A stretch of DNA of 64,000 nt from Myxococcota bacterium (GTDB taxonomy: Bacteria > Myxococcota_A > UBA9160 > UBA6930). The notes under the pieces are model-generated. The model saw only the letters and a program-made list of their open reading frames with translations. It was not told where the DNA came from and searched no databases. The translations under genes and the position numbers were made by a program. Every line of letters starts with the position of its first letter. Within the stretch, counting starts at the first letter, position 1. Below are positions 33,490 through 43,275 of this stretch, in pieces. Location of the stretch: the NCBI GenBank assembly GCA_965223415.1, contig OZ245002.1:4512001-4576000 (forward strand). The letters are read 5' to 3'.

Positions 33490-35907
33490 ATGGGCGAGAG
33501 GGGGGCCGGAAGCGCGCCGCGGGGCACCCGCCGGATGGTCGGCGTGGCCGCGGGCCTCCTGCTGCTCGCGGCAGCGGCGGCGTTCTGGCAGGGCGCCCAG
33601 AGCGCCCAGCGGGGGCGGCATCCCCAGCTCGACGGCCAGCGCAGCGTCCCCGGCCTCGAGGCGCCCCTGCGCATCCTGCGGGACCGGGCCGGGATCCCCC
33701 ACGTTCGCGCCGCCGGCGAGGCGGACGCCTGGTTCGGGCTGGGCTTCGTCCACGCCCAGGACCGGCTCGGCCAGATGCTGGCGGCCCGGAGGGCGGCCCG
33801 CGGCCGCAGTGCCGAGGCCCTGGGCCCGGCAGGGTTGGAGGCGGATCGCTGGGCGCGCACCCTGGGCTTCGGCCGGCTCGCGGCGGCGGAGGCGGCGCGC
33901 CTGTCGGCGGACGAGCGTCGGGTCCTCGATGCCTACGCGGCCGGCGTGAACGCGCGCCTCGATCGGGTGCGCCGCGGCCAGCTGGTGGCTCCCCTCGGCG
34001 AGCCCGACCCGGAGGCCCTCGAGCCCTGGTCGCCCGCCGACTCGATCGCGCTCCTGAAGCACCGGGCCTGGACCCTCGGCGCCAGCGTCGAGGAATCGCT
34101 CGTGCTCGACGCCATCATCCGCTCCCTCGGTCCGGCGCTGTCGCGGGTCTTCTTCCCGTCCGGTGCCGGCCAGCGGGGGGCGGAGCGCGCGGCGCCCGAG
34201 CTGCCGTTCGCCTGGCGGCCTTCGGCGGATCCGCTCCGGCGGCGCGCCGGGCACGCGGGGCAGGGCGTCGGCAGCTCCGCCTTCCTCCTCGCCGGCTCGC
34301 GGACCCGGCGCGGCGCTCCCCTGCTTGCCGCCGACGCCCACTACCCGGCGCGCGCGCCCGCGGAGCTGCACCTCGCCGACGTGCGCGGCGGGGACCTCCA
34401 GGTGGCCGGCGCCGCCATGCCGGGCGTGCCGATCTTCTGGAACGGCTTCAGCCCCGATCTGGTGTGGGCGGTGACGCACCTGCCCGCCGTGGTGACCGAC
34501 CTCGCCTGGGAGACCCTCCACGCCGAGCGCGGCGACCGGGTGCTCGACGGCCTGCGCTGGCGGCGAATCGCCGAGCGGGAGGAGGAGATCCGCGTGCGCG
34601 GTGGCCCGTCCCAGCCCCTGGTCGTGCGGGAGACGCCGCGGGGGCCCTTGGTCCACGAGCTGCTCGGGCTTCCGGTGCCGGTCTCCGTGCGCTGGATGGG
34701 CGCCGACACGCACCGCCCGCTGGCCGGCTTCCTCGGAGTCGCGCGTTCGGGTAACCGCGACGCGGCTCGCGAGGCCCTGCGCGATCACGCGGAACCGGTG
34801 GTGGCGGTGGTGCTGGCCGATCGCCAGGGGCGGGGCGGTCTCCAGGTGGCGGGTGCGCTGCCGGACCGCGAGCACCCGAGCGGCATCGTGCCGCTGCCCT
34901 CGACGAACCAGGCCTACGCGTGGAACCGCCCGCTCGATTTCGAGGCGCTCCCCTACCGGACGCTCAGCTCGGTGCGGCCGTGGCTGATCGCCGCCGACGG
35001 GCCGCTCCGTGGTGGCGGCGCCGGGCGCATCGAGCTGCTCTGGCGGGCTGGCGCCCGGGCCGACCGGCTCGCGGAGCTGCTGCGCGGCCTTCGCGGCCAA
35101 CCCCTCGACGAAGACGACCTGGTGATGCTCCACGGGGACGCGCGCTCGGAGGTGGCGGTCGCGCTGGTCCAGCGGGCCCTCGGGCACCTCGGCGAGAGCC
35201 CGCCGAGTAGCCAGGAGGCCCGGGAGCTCGCGTCGCTGCTCGGCCGTTGGAACGGGGACATGGGGGCCGAGCGGGTGGAGGCGGCGGCCTATCACGTGTT
35301 CCTCGGTCGGCTCGCCCGGCGGCTCTTCGAGCCGGAGCTCGGCGCGGAGCTGCTCGAGCGGCTGGTGGCGTTGCGCGGCCTCGACCTGGCCTGGCTCGTC
35401 GGTCGGGCCCTCGACCCGCCGCCGGCGGAGAGCGCCCTCGCGGCGCCCTGGGCCGATCCCGGGCGCGTCGCCGAGGCGGTCGACCGCAGCCTGCGCGAGA
35501 CCTGGATCGAGCTCTCGGTCACCCTCGGGCCCAACCGCGAGAAGTGGGGATGGGGGCGGCTGCATCCGCTGCGCTTCGCGCCGCGCCAGCCGAGCTGGCG
35601 CGCCGACCCGGCCTTCGGCCCGTTTCCCCTGGGCGGCGATGCGACCACCCTCGCGCTCGGCGAGTACCGCCCGCTCCAGTCCTTCGAGACGCGGGTGGTG
35701 GCGGTGCACCGGCTGATCGCCGAGGCGGGGGACCTGGACCAGGCCCTCGTCTTCCTGGTGCCCGGGCAGACCGAGCAGGCCGGCCACCGCTGGCGGGCCG
35801 ACGGCATCGGGCGCTGGCTGCGGGGGCGTCCGACCCTGCTCTCGACCCGCGACCCGGTGATCGCCGACACCCAGGTGGCGGAGCTGCGGCTCGAGCCCGC
35901 ACCCTGA
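33490..35907 (+). CDS. Penicillin acylase (Ntn-hydrolase S45) family protein with degenerate motifs
   Basis: RDRAGIPHV, GLGFVHAQDRLGQM, YAAGVNA, WGWGRLH; beta-subunit start reads GSSAF. Confidence 0.85.
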   Translation: MGERGAGSAPRGTRRMVGVAAGLLLLAAAAAFWQGAQSAQRGRHPQLDGQRSVPGLEAPLRILRDRAGIPHVRAAGEADAWFGLGFVHAQDRLGQMLAARRAARGRSAEALGPAGLEADRWARTLGFGRLAAAEAARLSADERRVLDAYAAGVNARLDRVRRGQLVAPLGEPDPEALEPWSPADSIALLKHRAWTLGASVEESLVLDAIIRSLGPALSRVFFPSGAGQRGAERAAPELPFAWRPSADPLRRRAGHAGQGVGSSAFLLAGSRTRRGAPLLAADAHYPARAPAELHLADVRGGDLQVAGAAMPGVPIFWNGFSPDLVWAVTHLPAVVTDLAWETLHAERGDRVLDGLRWRRIAEREEEIRVRGGPSQPLVVRETPRGPLVHELLGLPVPVSVRWMGADTHRPLAGFLGVARSGNRDAAREALRDHAEPVVAVVLADRQGRGGLQVAGALPDREHPSGIVPLPSTNQAYAWNRPLDFEALPYRTLSSVRPWLIAADGPLRGGGAGRIELLWRAGARADRLAELLRGLRGQPLDEDDLVMLHGDARSEVAVALVQRALGHLGESPPSSQEARELASLLGRWNGDMGAERVEAAAYHVFLGRLARRLFEPELGAELLERLVALRGLDLAWLVGRALDPPPAESALAAPWADPGRVAEAVDRSLRETWIELSVTLGPNREKWGWGRLHPLRFAPRQPSWRADPAFGPFPLGGDATTLALGEYRPLQSFETRVVAVHRLIAEAGDLDQALVFLVPGQTEQAGHRWRADGIGRWLRGRPTLLSTRDPVIADTQVAELRLEPAP

Positions 35908-35911
35908 CGGC

Positions 35912-36961
35912 GTGTTGCTCTACGCCGTCGTTCCGGGTTTCTACGCCGAGGCCGAGCGCGCCCTCCACCCGGGGCTCCGGGACCGGCCGGTGGTGGTGGG
36001 CGGGGACCCGCGCAAGCGCGGCCTGGTGCAGGCGGCGACGCCCGATGCGCTCGCCGCCGGCGTGGTCGTGGGCATGCCGATGATCGAGGCCCTCACGCTC
36101 TGCCCCCACGCCCGGGCGCTGCGCACCCACATGCGCGAGTACCGGGAGGTGAGCAAGCGGCTCCAGGCGTTCTTCCGCCGGGAGACCGAGCGGGTCGAGG
36201 CCGCCGGGTTGGAGGCGGCTTTCCTCGACCTGGGCGGCTCGGACGAGCCGGTGCTCGAGATGGCCGCCCGGCTTCGGGGCGAGGTGGGCCGGGAGCTGCA
36301 GCTCCCCCTGCGCGTGGGCGCTGCACCCATCAAGTTCGTCGCGAAGCTTGCGGCGGAAGAGGCCGGAGAGGAAGGGGTTCTCTGGATTCCCACTGGGCAG
36401 GTGCGAAGCTTCCTCGACCCGCTGGCGGTGACCCGGTTGCCCGGCGTCGGGCCGCGCACCGCCGAGCGGCTCGAGGCCGGCGGGGTCCGGACCGTGGGGG
36501 AGCTGCGGGTGCTCTCGGAGGACGAGGTGGAGGCACGCCTCGGCAACCACGGCCTCGGCATCCTTGCCCTGGCCCAGGGGCGGGACGTGGCGCGCCTGCG
36601 CGCGGCGCCGCACCCGCGAAGCGTGAGCCAGGAGTCGACCCTGGAGGCGCCGGAGGTCGATCGGGGCGTGCTCGAAGAGCGCCTCGCCGGCCTGGCGGCG
36701 GATCTCGAGCGCAGCCTGGGCCTCGAGCAGCTCGCCGCGAAGCGCGTCGTCCTCAAGCTCCGCTACGACGACGGCGAGGCGACCACCCGCAGCCGCACCC
36801 TGCCGCGCCCCCTCTCGAGCGCTGCTGCCATCGCCGAGCTGGCCTCCGAGCTCCTGGGCCGCGCCCAGACCGGCCGGCCCGTGAAGCGCCTCGGCATCGC
36901 CGTCAGCGGCATCGTCCGCATCCGCCGAGACGACCGCCAGCTCGAGCTCTTCGAAGAATGA
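35912..36961 (+). CDS. Y-family DNA polymerase (DinB/Pol IV-like), catalytic residues absent
   Basis: RDRPVVVGG, GVVVGMP, KFVAKLA, LPGVGPRT, RSVSQEST, C-terminal QLELF. Confidence 0.88.
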   Translation: MLLYAVVPGFYAEAERALHPGLRDRPVVVGGDPRKRGLVQAATPDALAAGVVVGMPMIEALTLCPHARALRTHMREYREVSKRLQAFFRRETERVEAAGLEAAFLDLGGSDEPVLEMAARLRGEVGRELQLPLRVGAAPIKFVAKLAAEEAGEEGVLWIPTGQVRSFLDPLAVTRLPGVGPRTAERLEAGGVRTVGELRVLSEDEVEARLGNHGLGILALAQGRDVARLRAAPHPRSVSQESTLEAPEVDRGVLEERLAGLAADLERSLGLEQLAAKRVVLKLRYDDGEATTRSRTLPRPLSSAAAIAELASELLGRAQTGRPVKRLGIAVSGIVRIRRDDRQLELFEE

Positions 36962-37028
36962 AGAAGCGGGGCCAGAGTTGAGGATTCAGTTGAAGACTGA
37001 ATTCCAAGCTCTGGTCCCGTTTCCTGAT

Positions 37029-37364
37029 CTAGACCGAGGGCAGGACCTCGGCGGTCTCTTCGATGGCGCGCAGGGCGTCGGCGTCGATATCGCGGAACTC
37101 GAGGCCGATGTCGAGGGTGATCGGGTCGGTCTCGGTGGCCCAGACCACCTCGCCGACCGCCACGACCGACCGGTCGCCGACGTTGAAGGTCACGCGGATG
37201 GTGTCGCCCAGGTCCAGCTCGCAGCCGACGCACTCGAAGCGAATGCCGCCCGGTGAGACGTCCCTGCTGATCGCGAGCTGGTCGTTCGCGTCGACGATGG
37301 CGAAGGAAATCACCTGGTCCGTGGCGATGCGGGGGAACTTCCGGCGGTCCGACCCTTTCTCCAT
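37029..37364 (-). CDS. Stand-alone PilZ domain protein (c-di-GMP receptor)
   Basis: RRKFPR (RxxxR) and DVSPGG (DxSxxG), GEVVW, IGLEF. Confidence 0.88.
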   Translation of the reverse strand: MEKGSDRRKFPRIATDQVISFAIVDANDQLAISRDVSPGGIRFECVGCELDLGDTIRVTFNVGDRSVVAVGEVVWATETDPITLDIGLEFRDIDADALRAIEETAEVLPSV

Positions 37365-37470
37365 GACGGGCTGTTCGGCGCGCGGAGGGCGCCGCTTGAG
37401 GCGCCCGAACGCAGTTTGACCCCCCGGGGGCTTGCCCGGGCCGTCGGCCGATGCGACGGTTCAGGCCCCG

Positions 37471-38697
37471 ATGGCCGACTTCCACCAGACCGGCGTGATC
37501 AGCACCCTGCACCGGCTCGGTCGCGCCGACCTGGCGCGGCTCGAGCGCGAGCTCGCCAGCCACGGCCGCGACCGGCCCGTTGCCCTGGTGCTCCCCTGCC
37601 TCCACTCGGAGCTCCAGGATGTGGCCCTGAAGGGCATCATCGATCAGCTCCGCCGGGTCGACTACCTGGAGCAGGTGATCGTGAGCGTCGCCGGAACCCG
37701 CGATCGCCAGGACTACGAGGAGATGCGCGAGGCCTTCGAGGGCGTGCGCACTCGGAACGGAGAGCCCGCCACCCTACTGTGGAACGACGGCCCCCGCATC
37801 CAGGAGCTCTACCAGGCGCTCGGCGAGGAAGGCCTCGACGCCGGACCGCCCGGCAAGGGCCAGGGCGTGTGGCTGGCCTTCGGCTACGTGCTCGCCACCG
37901 GCCGCGCCCGGGTGATCGCGCTCCACGACTGCGACATCCGCGACTACGACCGGGAGCTGCTGGCCCGCCTGTGCTTTCCCATCGCCAACTCGAACATGAA
38001 CTACGAGTTCGTGAAGGGCTACTACGCCCGGGTCACCGACCGCCTCTATGGCCGGGTGACGCGGCTCTTCATGACGCCCTTCCTGCGCGCCATGCGGTCC
38101 GTGCTCGGCCCGAACCCGCTGCTCGAGTTCCTCGACTCGTTCCGCTTTCCCCTCGCCGGCGAGTGCGCGATGACGACGGACCTGGCCCGCTCCATCCGCA
38201 TCCCCAGCGATTGGGGCCTCGAGGTGGGCGTGCTGGCCGAGGTCTACCGCAACTGCTCCCTCAAGCGGATCTGCCAGGTCGAGCTGACCGAGAACTACGA
38301 CCACAAGCACCGGGAGCTCGAGGCCCAGGGCGAGGACGCGGGCCTGCACCGCATGGTGACCGACATCGGCACTTCGCTGATCCGCAATCTGGCGAGCTAC
38401 GGCATCGAGTTCGACGCCGGCTTCCTGAACACGCTCTCCGCCGCCTACGTGCGCATGGCCCAGGACGCCGTGGCCCGCTACTCGGACGACGCGGCCCTGA
38501 ACGGCCTGGCCTTCGATCGCCACGAGGAGGAGGTGGCCGTCGAGACCTTCTCCAGCGCCCTGCGCGGAGCGGGCCTCGGCTTCGTGCGGGATCCCCTGGG
38601 TGCCCCCCAGATCCCCAACTGGAACCGGGTCACCTCGGCGGTTCCAGAGATCCTCGAGCTCCTCCCCAAGGCGGCGTTGGCGGACAGCCAGGGCTAG
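37471..38697 (+). CDS. Glucosyl-3-phosphoglycerate synthase-like glycosyltransferase
   Basis: MADFHQTGVISTLH, GKGQGVW, HDCDI, KGYYAR, LYGRVTRL, PLAGE, DWGLEVG, YDHKH. Confidence 0.8.
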   Translation: MADFHQTGVISTLHRLGRADLARLERELASHGRDRPVALVLPCLHSELQDVALKGIIDQLRRVDYLEQVIVSVAGTRDRQDYEEMREAFEGVRTRNGEPATLLWNDGPRIQELYQALGEEGLDAGPPGKGQGVWLAFGYVLATGRARVIALHDCDIRDYDRELLARLCFPIANSNMNYEFVKGYYARVTDRLYGRVTRLFMTPFLRAMRSVLGPNPLLEFLDSFRFPLAGECAMTTDLARSIRIPSDWGLEVGVLAEVYRNCSLKRICQVELTENYDHKHRELEAQGEDAGLHRMVTDIGTSLIRNLASYGIEFDAGFLNTLSAAYVRMAQDAVARYSDDAALNGLAFDRHEEEVAVETFSSALRGAGLGFVRDPLGAPQIPNWNRVTSAVPEILELLPKAALADSQG

Positions 38698-38800
38698 ATG
38701 CCTCCGGGAGGCGGACAGCCAGGGCTAGACGCCTCCGGGAGGCGGCCGGCCAGGGCTGAGACCCCCTGGGACCCGCTCAGGCGGACAGCCAAGGCTGAGA
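38679..38800. repeat. 31-bp degenerate tandem repeat (about 4 copies) containing the GT stop codon
   Basis: ggcggacagccagggctagatgcctccggga at 38679 and 38710, degenerate at 38741 and 38780. Confidence 0.85.
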
Positions 38801-38853
38801 TTGCTATCGAAACACCCAGCGCGACCGGAGCGATGGTCGGGGGAGGCGCGTGC

Positions 38854-39669
38854 ATGCGGATCGGTGAGATCCCCCTGGGGGGTGGGGCGCCGCTGGTCCT
38901 GATCGCAGGGCTGAACGTCATCGAGACCGAGTCCGCGGCCCTGGCGGCGGCCTCCCGGCTCGCCGCTCTGGCCGAGCGCCACGACTTCCCGATGGTGTTC
39001 AAGGCCTCGGTGGACAAGGCCAACCGCTCGAGCCTGCGCTCCTACCGCGGGCCGGGCTTCGACGAGGGCCTGCGCGTGCTCTCGCGGGTGAAGACCGAGA
39101 CCGGCCTGCCGCTCACCACCGACGTCCACGAGCCCGGCCAGGCCAAGCCCGCCTCGGAGGTGGTCGATTGCCTCCAGATTCCGGCGTTCCTGTGCCGCCA
39201 GACCGACCTGGTGGCGGCCTGCGCCGCCACCGGCAAGCCGGTCAACCTGAAGAAGGGCCAGTTCCTGGCACCCGAAGACCTGCGGCTCGCCGTCGAGAAG
39301 GTCGACGCCAACGGCTCCGGCGGCGCCTTCGTCACCGAGCGCGGCGCGGCTTTCGGCTACCACGACCTGGTGGTCGACATGAAGGGCCTGGTGGCGATCC
39401 GCGAGTACGCGCCGGTCTGCTACGACGCCACTCACTCGGTGCAGCGCCCGGGCGCCGGCCCCGAGGCGAGCGGCGGCGATCGCACCATGGTGCTGCCCCT
39501 GGCACGGGCGGCCGTGGCGGTCGGTATCGACGCGCTGTTCGTGGAGGTGCATCCGGAGCCGGACAGCGCGCCCTGCGACGGGCCGAGCCAGATCGACTTC
39601 GGGACGTTCGAGCGCCTGCTCGTCGAAGCGCGGGCGATCGACACGGCGCTGGCGGCGACCCGCAGCTAG
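38854..39669 (+). CDS. kdsA: KDO-8-phosphate synthase
   Basis: FKASVDKANRSS, TDVHE, QIPAFLCRQTDL, KKGQF, DATHSVQRPG, CDGP; GGAGG upstream of ATG 38854. Confidence 0.95.
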   Translation: MRIGEIPLGGGAPLVLIAGLNVIETESAALAAASRLAALAERHDFPMVFKASVDKANRSSLRSYRGPGFDEGLRVLSRVKTETGLPLTTDVHEPGQAKPASEVVDCLQIPAFLCRQTDLVAACAATGKPVNLKKGQFLAPEDLRLAVEKVDANGSGGAFVTERGAAFGYHDLVVDMKGLVAIREYAPVCYDATHSVQRPGAGPEASGGDRTMVLPLARAAVAVGIDALFVEVHPEPDSAPCDGPSQIDFGTFERLLVEARAIDTALAATRS

Positions 39670-39678
39670 GGGGCGCGC

Positions 39679-41073
39679 GTGCTGCACCGCTACAGCGAGG
39701 TGTTCCGCGGCCTGCTGATGGTCTCGGATCTCTCCCTCGTCGCGGCGTCCTGGGGGGCGGCCTACTGGCTGCGGTTCCACGCGGGCTATCCCGTGGCGGA
39801 AGGCTGGAACCCCCAGGAGTACGCGATCGCCCTGGCGGGCATCCTGCCGGTGGCGTTCTTCACGCTGCGCGGCCGCGGGCTCTACGAGCCTCGGCGGACG
39901 GGCTCGCTGCTGCGCGAGATCGCGGCGGTGATCGGCGGCATGAGCGTCGTGCTCGTGGTGGTCCTGGCGGCGGACGCGATCTCCCGGACGTTCCTGTCGC
40001 GGCTCGTGATCGTCGGCTTCTGGGGGCTGTCGATCGTCTCGATCACGAGCGGTCGGCTCCTCGGCCGCGGCGTGCTACGGCACCTGCGCCGCAAGGGCTA
40101 CAACCTGCGCTACGTGCTGATCGTCGGCGCCGGGCGGCTCGCCCAGGAGACGATCGAGTCGATCCACGGGCATCCCGAGGCGGGCCTGCGGGTGATCGGC
40201 GCGCTCTCGGACGATCCGGGTCAGCAGGGCCGCACGATCCAGGGCGTTCGCGTGCTGGGCCCCTACGCGAGCGTCGCCTCCGTGCTCGCCGAGCGGACCG
40301 TCGACCAGGTGGTGATCGCGCTGCCGCGGGAGGACGGCGACCAGCTCGAGAAGATCCTGGCGGAGCTCGACGAGGAGCTCGTGACGGTGCGGCTCATCCC
40401 GGACCTGCTGCACGTGATGACCCTGCGCTCCTCGGTCGAGGACCTCGACGGCCTGCCGGTGATCAATCTGCGCGAGGGGCCGCTGGTCGGCTGGGCGGCG
40501 CTCCAGAAGCGGGTCTTCGACGTGGTGGTGAGCGGGCTCGTGCTGCTGGCCGCCAGCCCGGTGCTGGCGCTGATCGCCCTGGGCGTGTGGGCGGGGGCCG
40601 GGCGGCCGATCTTCTATCCCCAGGAGCGCATGGGGCTGGACGGGCGCCTCTTCCGCATGTGGAAGTTCCGGAGCATGCGCCGGGGTTCGGAGCAGGCCAC
40701 CGGCGCCGTCTGGACCGCCGAGAACGATCCCCGGGTGACGCCCTTCGGCGCCCTGCTGCGCAAGACCAGCCTCGACGAGCTCCCCCAGCTGTGGAACGTG
40801 CTGCGCGGTGACATGAGCCTGGTCGGCCCGCGCCCGGAGCGCCCCGTCTTCATCGAGCAGTTCAAGAGCGAGATCCCGGGCTACATGCTGCGCCACAAGG
40901 TGAAGGCGGGCATGACCGGCTGGGCCCAGATCCACGGCTGGCGCGGCAATACCTCGCTCCACGAGCGCGTCGAGCACGACATCTACTACATCCAGAACTG
41001 GTCCCTGGCCCTCGACCTGCGCATCCTCGCCATGACCTTCTGGCGAGGCTTCGTCCACCGCAACGCCTACTGA
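39679..41073 (+). CDS. Undecaprenyl-phosphate sugar phosphotransferase (WcaJ/WbaP-type priming PGT)
   Basis: Multi-TM N-terminus, KRVFD, KFRSM, SLDELPQLWNVLRGDMSLVGPRPE, GMTGWAQ, DIYYIQNWSL. Confidence 0.95.
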   Translation: MLHRYSEVFRGLLMVSDLSLVAASWGAAYWLRFHAGYPVAEGWNPQEYAIALAGILPVAFFTLRGRGLYEPRRTGSLLREIAAVIGGMSVVLVVVLAADAISRTFLSRLVIVGFWGLSIVSITSGRLLGRGVLRHLRRKGYNLRYVLIVGAGRLAQETIESIHGHPEAGLRVIGALSDDPGQQGRTIQGVRVLGPYASVASVLAERTVDQVVIALPREDGDQLEKILAELDEELVTVRLIPDLLHVMTLRSSVEDLDGLPVINLREGPLVGWAALQKRVFDVVVSGLVLLAASPVLALIALGVWAGAGRPIFYPQERMGLDGRLFRMWKFRSMRRGSEQATGAVWTAENDPRVTPFGALLRKTSLDELPQLWNVLRGDMSLVGPRPERPVFIEQFKSEIPGYMLRHKVKAGMTGWAQIHGWRGNTSLHERVEHDIYYIQNWSLALDLRILAMTFWRGFVHRNAY

Positions 41074-43232
41074 GCCGGGGGGCGCGGGCGCCAGGGCTCG
41101 AGGGTGGCGGGAGCCTGGCCGTTGCGCTGGAGGTGCTCGCCGAGCTCGCGCTCGAGTCGGGCGCTGCGGCCGAGCAGGGCACCCAGGGTGTGGATACGGC
41201 GGGTGTAGCGGTGGTGGTCGTGGTCGTCGGTGAAGGCGATGGCACCCAGGCACTGGAGGGTGCGCTGGGCGATGCGCGCACCGGAGCGGCCGGCGTGGGC
41301 CTTGGCGGCGGCGCCCAGGGCCGGGGCGCCGTCGTGGCTCCACTGCTCGAGGGCGGCGTCGCAGAGAGAGGAGAGGGCCGCCAGGTCCACCTGGCACTCG
41401 GCCAGGAGGTGCTGGATGGCCTGGAGGTCGGAGAGGGGAGCGCCGAACTGCTGCCGCTCCCCGGTGTGGCGGACGGCGCCGTCGGTCAGGGCCGTGGCGG
41501 CGCCCAGGATCTCGAGGGCTGCGGCGATGCGGGCCAGGGTGAGGGCCCGCTCGTGACCTTCGGACGAGACGGGCAGGGCGCGCAGGGCTTCTGGCGCGAC
41601 GACGCCCCGGCGGACGAGCGCCGGGTCGAGGGCGCCCGGCGGCGTTTCGCGGATCGCCCGGGCTTCCGCGACGGATACGGCGCTCCCGCCTCCGGCGATC
41701 GCCACCCAGCCCGTGCCCGCGTCCCAGCCGATGAGCGAGAGCGTCACGCCCGCCGAGCCGGTGGGTCGCCGCTCGGCCCAAGCGACCTGGTCCGGCGCGA
41801 CGTCCAGCGCCTCGGCGACCGCGGCGGACGCCACGCCGGCCAGCGCCGGGTCGGTGCCGAGGCGCACTCCCTGCTCCTGGAACCAGGCGGCGAATGCCGC
41901 GCGGCCCACCGGGTCGCCAGGCGTCGCGGCCAGGGGCCACCAGTCGAGGCCCCGCAGGGCGTCGCGGCCCGAGGCGCCCTGCGCTGCCGCCTCCGCGACG
42001 CTGGAGCGGACGGCACGCTCCTCCTCCGAGAGGCGCGTCCGTTCCACGACCGCCTCGCCGGCTCGCACCATCCGCCCGCCCAGCACGTTCAGCTGGATCT
42101 GCCGCGCACCGCCGTAGATCGACGAGGCTCGGGAGTAGAGGTAGCCCTCCTGCCACTCCCAGGCGTCGTCGGCGTCACCCAGGGAAAGGTCGGTGCCCAG
42201 CACCTCGTGGGCCGCGTCGTAGAGCGCCTGCTCGGCGTCCATGATCAGCACCTTCGACACGGAGGACTCGGGCCCCGGCTGCCCGTCCTGCGCGAGGATC
42301 TCGAGCACCTCCCGCGCGCGGCAGCGCACCGCGACGAGCGAGACGAGACAGGCGCCGAGCTCCCGGGTGAAGCTCTCCGCATCCCGGTGGGCCGACAGCC
42401 GGGCGAGCACCGGCAGCAGGTGCGCCTGCCGCATCCAGGCGTAGCTCCCGCGCTCGCCGGCCAGGATGTGCATCGCTACCGCCCAGCCGCCGTTCAGCTC
42501 GCCCACCCGATGGTCCTCGGGCACGTGCACGTCGTCGAAGAACACCTCGGCCAGCTCGTCGGTGCCGCTGGCCTGGCGGATCGGTGAGACCTGGACGCCC
42601 GGTGTGTCCAGGGGAACGACGAAGGCGCTGAGCCCGCGGTGCCGGTCCTCCGGGGCTCCCGTGCGGGCGAGCAGCAGCACGTGGCTCGCCCAGGCCGCCC
42701 AGCTCGTCCAGATCTTGTGGCCGTCGATGCGGTAGCCGCCGTCGCCGGGTCGGGCCCGGGTGCGCAGGGCGGCCAGGTCCGAGCCGGCGCCGGGCTCCGA
42801 GAAGCCCTGGCACCAGAGCACGTCGCCGCGCAGGGTCGGCAGGAAGAGGCGCTCGACCAGGGCCGGCGCGCCGTGGGCGGCGAGGGCCGGCGGCAGGATC
42901 TCCAGGTGCTCGAGCAGGAAGCGGCCGGGGTAGCCGGCGCGGGAGAGCCGGTCGAGGACGACCGCCCGGTGGAGCACGCTGCCGCCGAGCCCGCCCAGCT
43001 CCCGGGGCCAGCCCACCCGGGCCCAGCCCGCGTCGAAGAGCTCCCGCTGCAGCGCGCACACCCGCTCGCGGCGCTCGTCGAAGCTGCGGCCCAGCTTCCG
43101 CAAGGGGAGGTGCGCCTCGCGCCGCTCTGCCAGCCACGCGTCGAAGGCCCGGGCCAGCGCCTCCAACCCCGGCTCGGGCCCGAGCGCTCCCACGGCGGAG
43201 GTCTGCGGCGGAGCGGTCGACATCGGCGTCAT
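41067..43232 (-). CDS. Two-domain (fused) acyl-CoA dehydrogenase
   Basis: WCQGFSEPGAGSDLAALRTRA, GHKIWTS, IYGG, followed by a second ACAD C-domain RQQFGAPLSDLQAIQHLLA, GAIAFT. Start 43232 or 43223. Confidence 0.88.
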   Translation of the reverse strand: MTPMSTAPPQTSAVGALGPEPGLEALARAFDAWLAERREAHLPLRKLGRSFDERRERVCALQRELFDAGWARVGWPRELGGLGGSVLHRAVVLDRLSRAGYPGRFLLEHLEILPPALAAHGAPALVERLFLPTLRGDVLWCQGFSEPGAGSDLAALRTRARPGDGGYRIDGHKIWTSWAAWASHVLLLARTGAPEDRHRGLSAFVVPLDTPGVQVSPIRQASGTDELAEVFFDDVHVPEDHRVGELNGGWAVAMHILAGERGSYAWMRQAHLLPVLARLSAHRDAESFTRELGACLVSLVAVRCRAREVLEILAQDGQPGPESSVSKVLIMDAEQALYDAAHEVLGTDLSLGDADDAWEWQEGYLYSRASSIYGGARQIQLNVLGGRMVRAGEAVVERTRLSEEERAVRSSVAEAAAQGASGRDALRGLDWWPLAATPGDPVGRAAFAAWFQEQGVRLGTDPALAGVASAAVAEALDVAPDQVAWAERRPTGSAGVTLSLIGWDAGTGWVAIAGGGSAVSVAEARAIRETPPGALDPALVRRGVVAPEALRALPVSSEGHERALTLARIAAALEILGAATALTDGAVRHTGERQQFGAPLSDLQAIQHLLAECQVDLAALSSLCDAALEQWSHDGAPALGAAAKAHAGRSGARIAQRTLQCLGAIAFTDDHDHHRYTRRIHTLGALLGRSARLERELGEHLQRNGQAPATLEPWRPRPPAQ

Positions 43233-43275
43233 GCTGGCGTAGGTGTCGGGGCCGTCAATGGGCGAGGAGGCCGGC

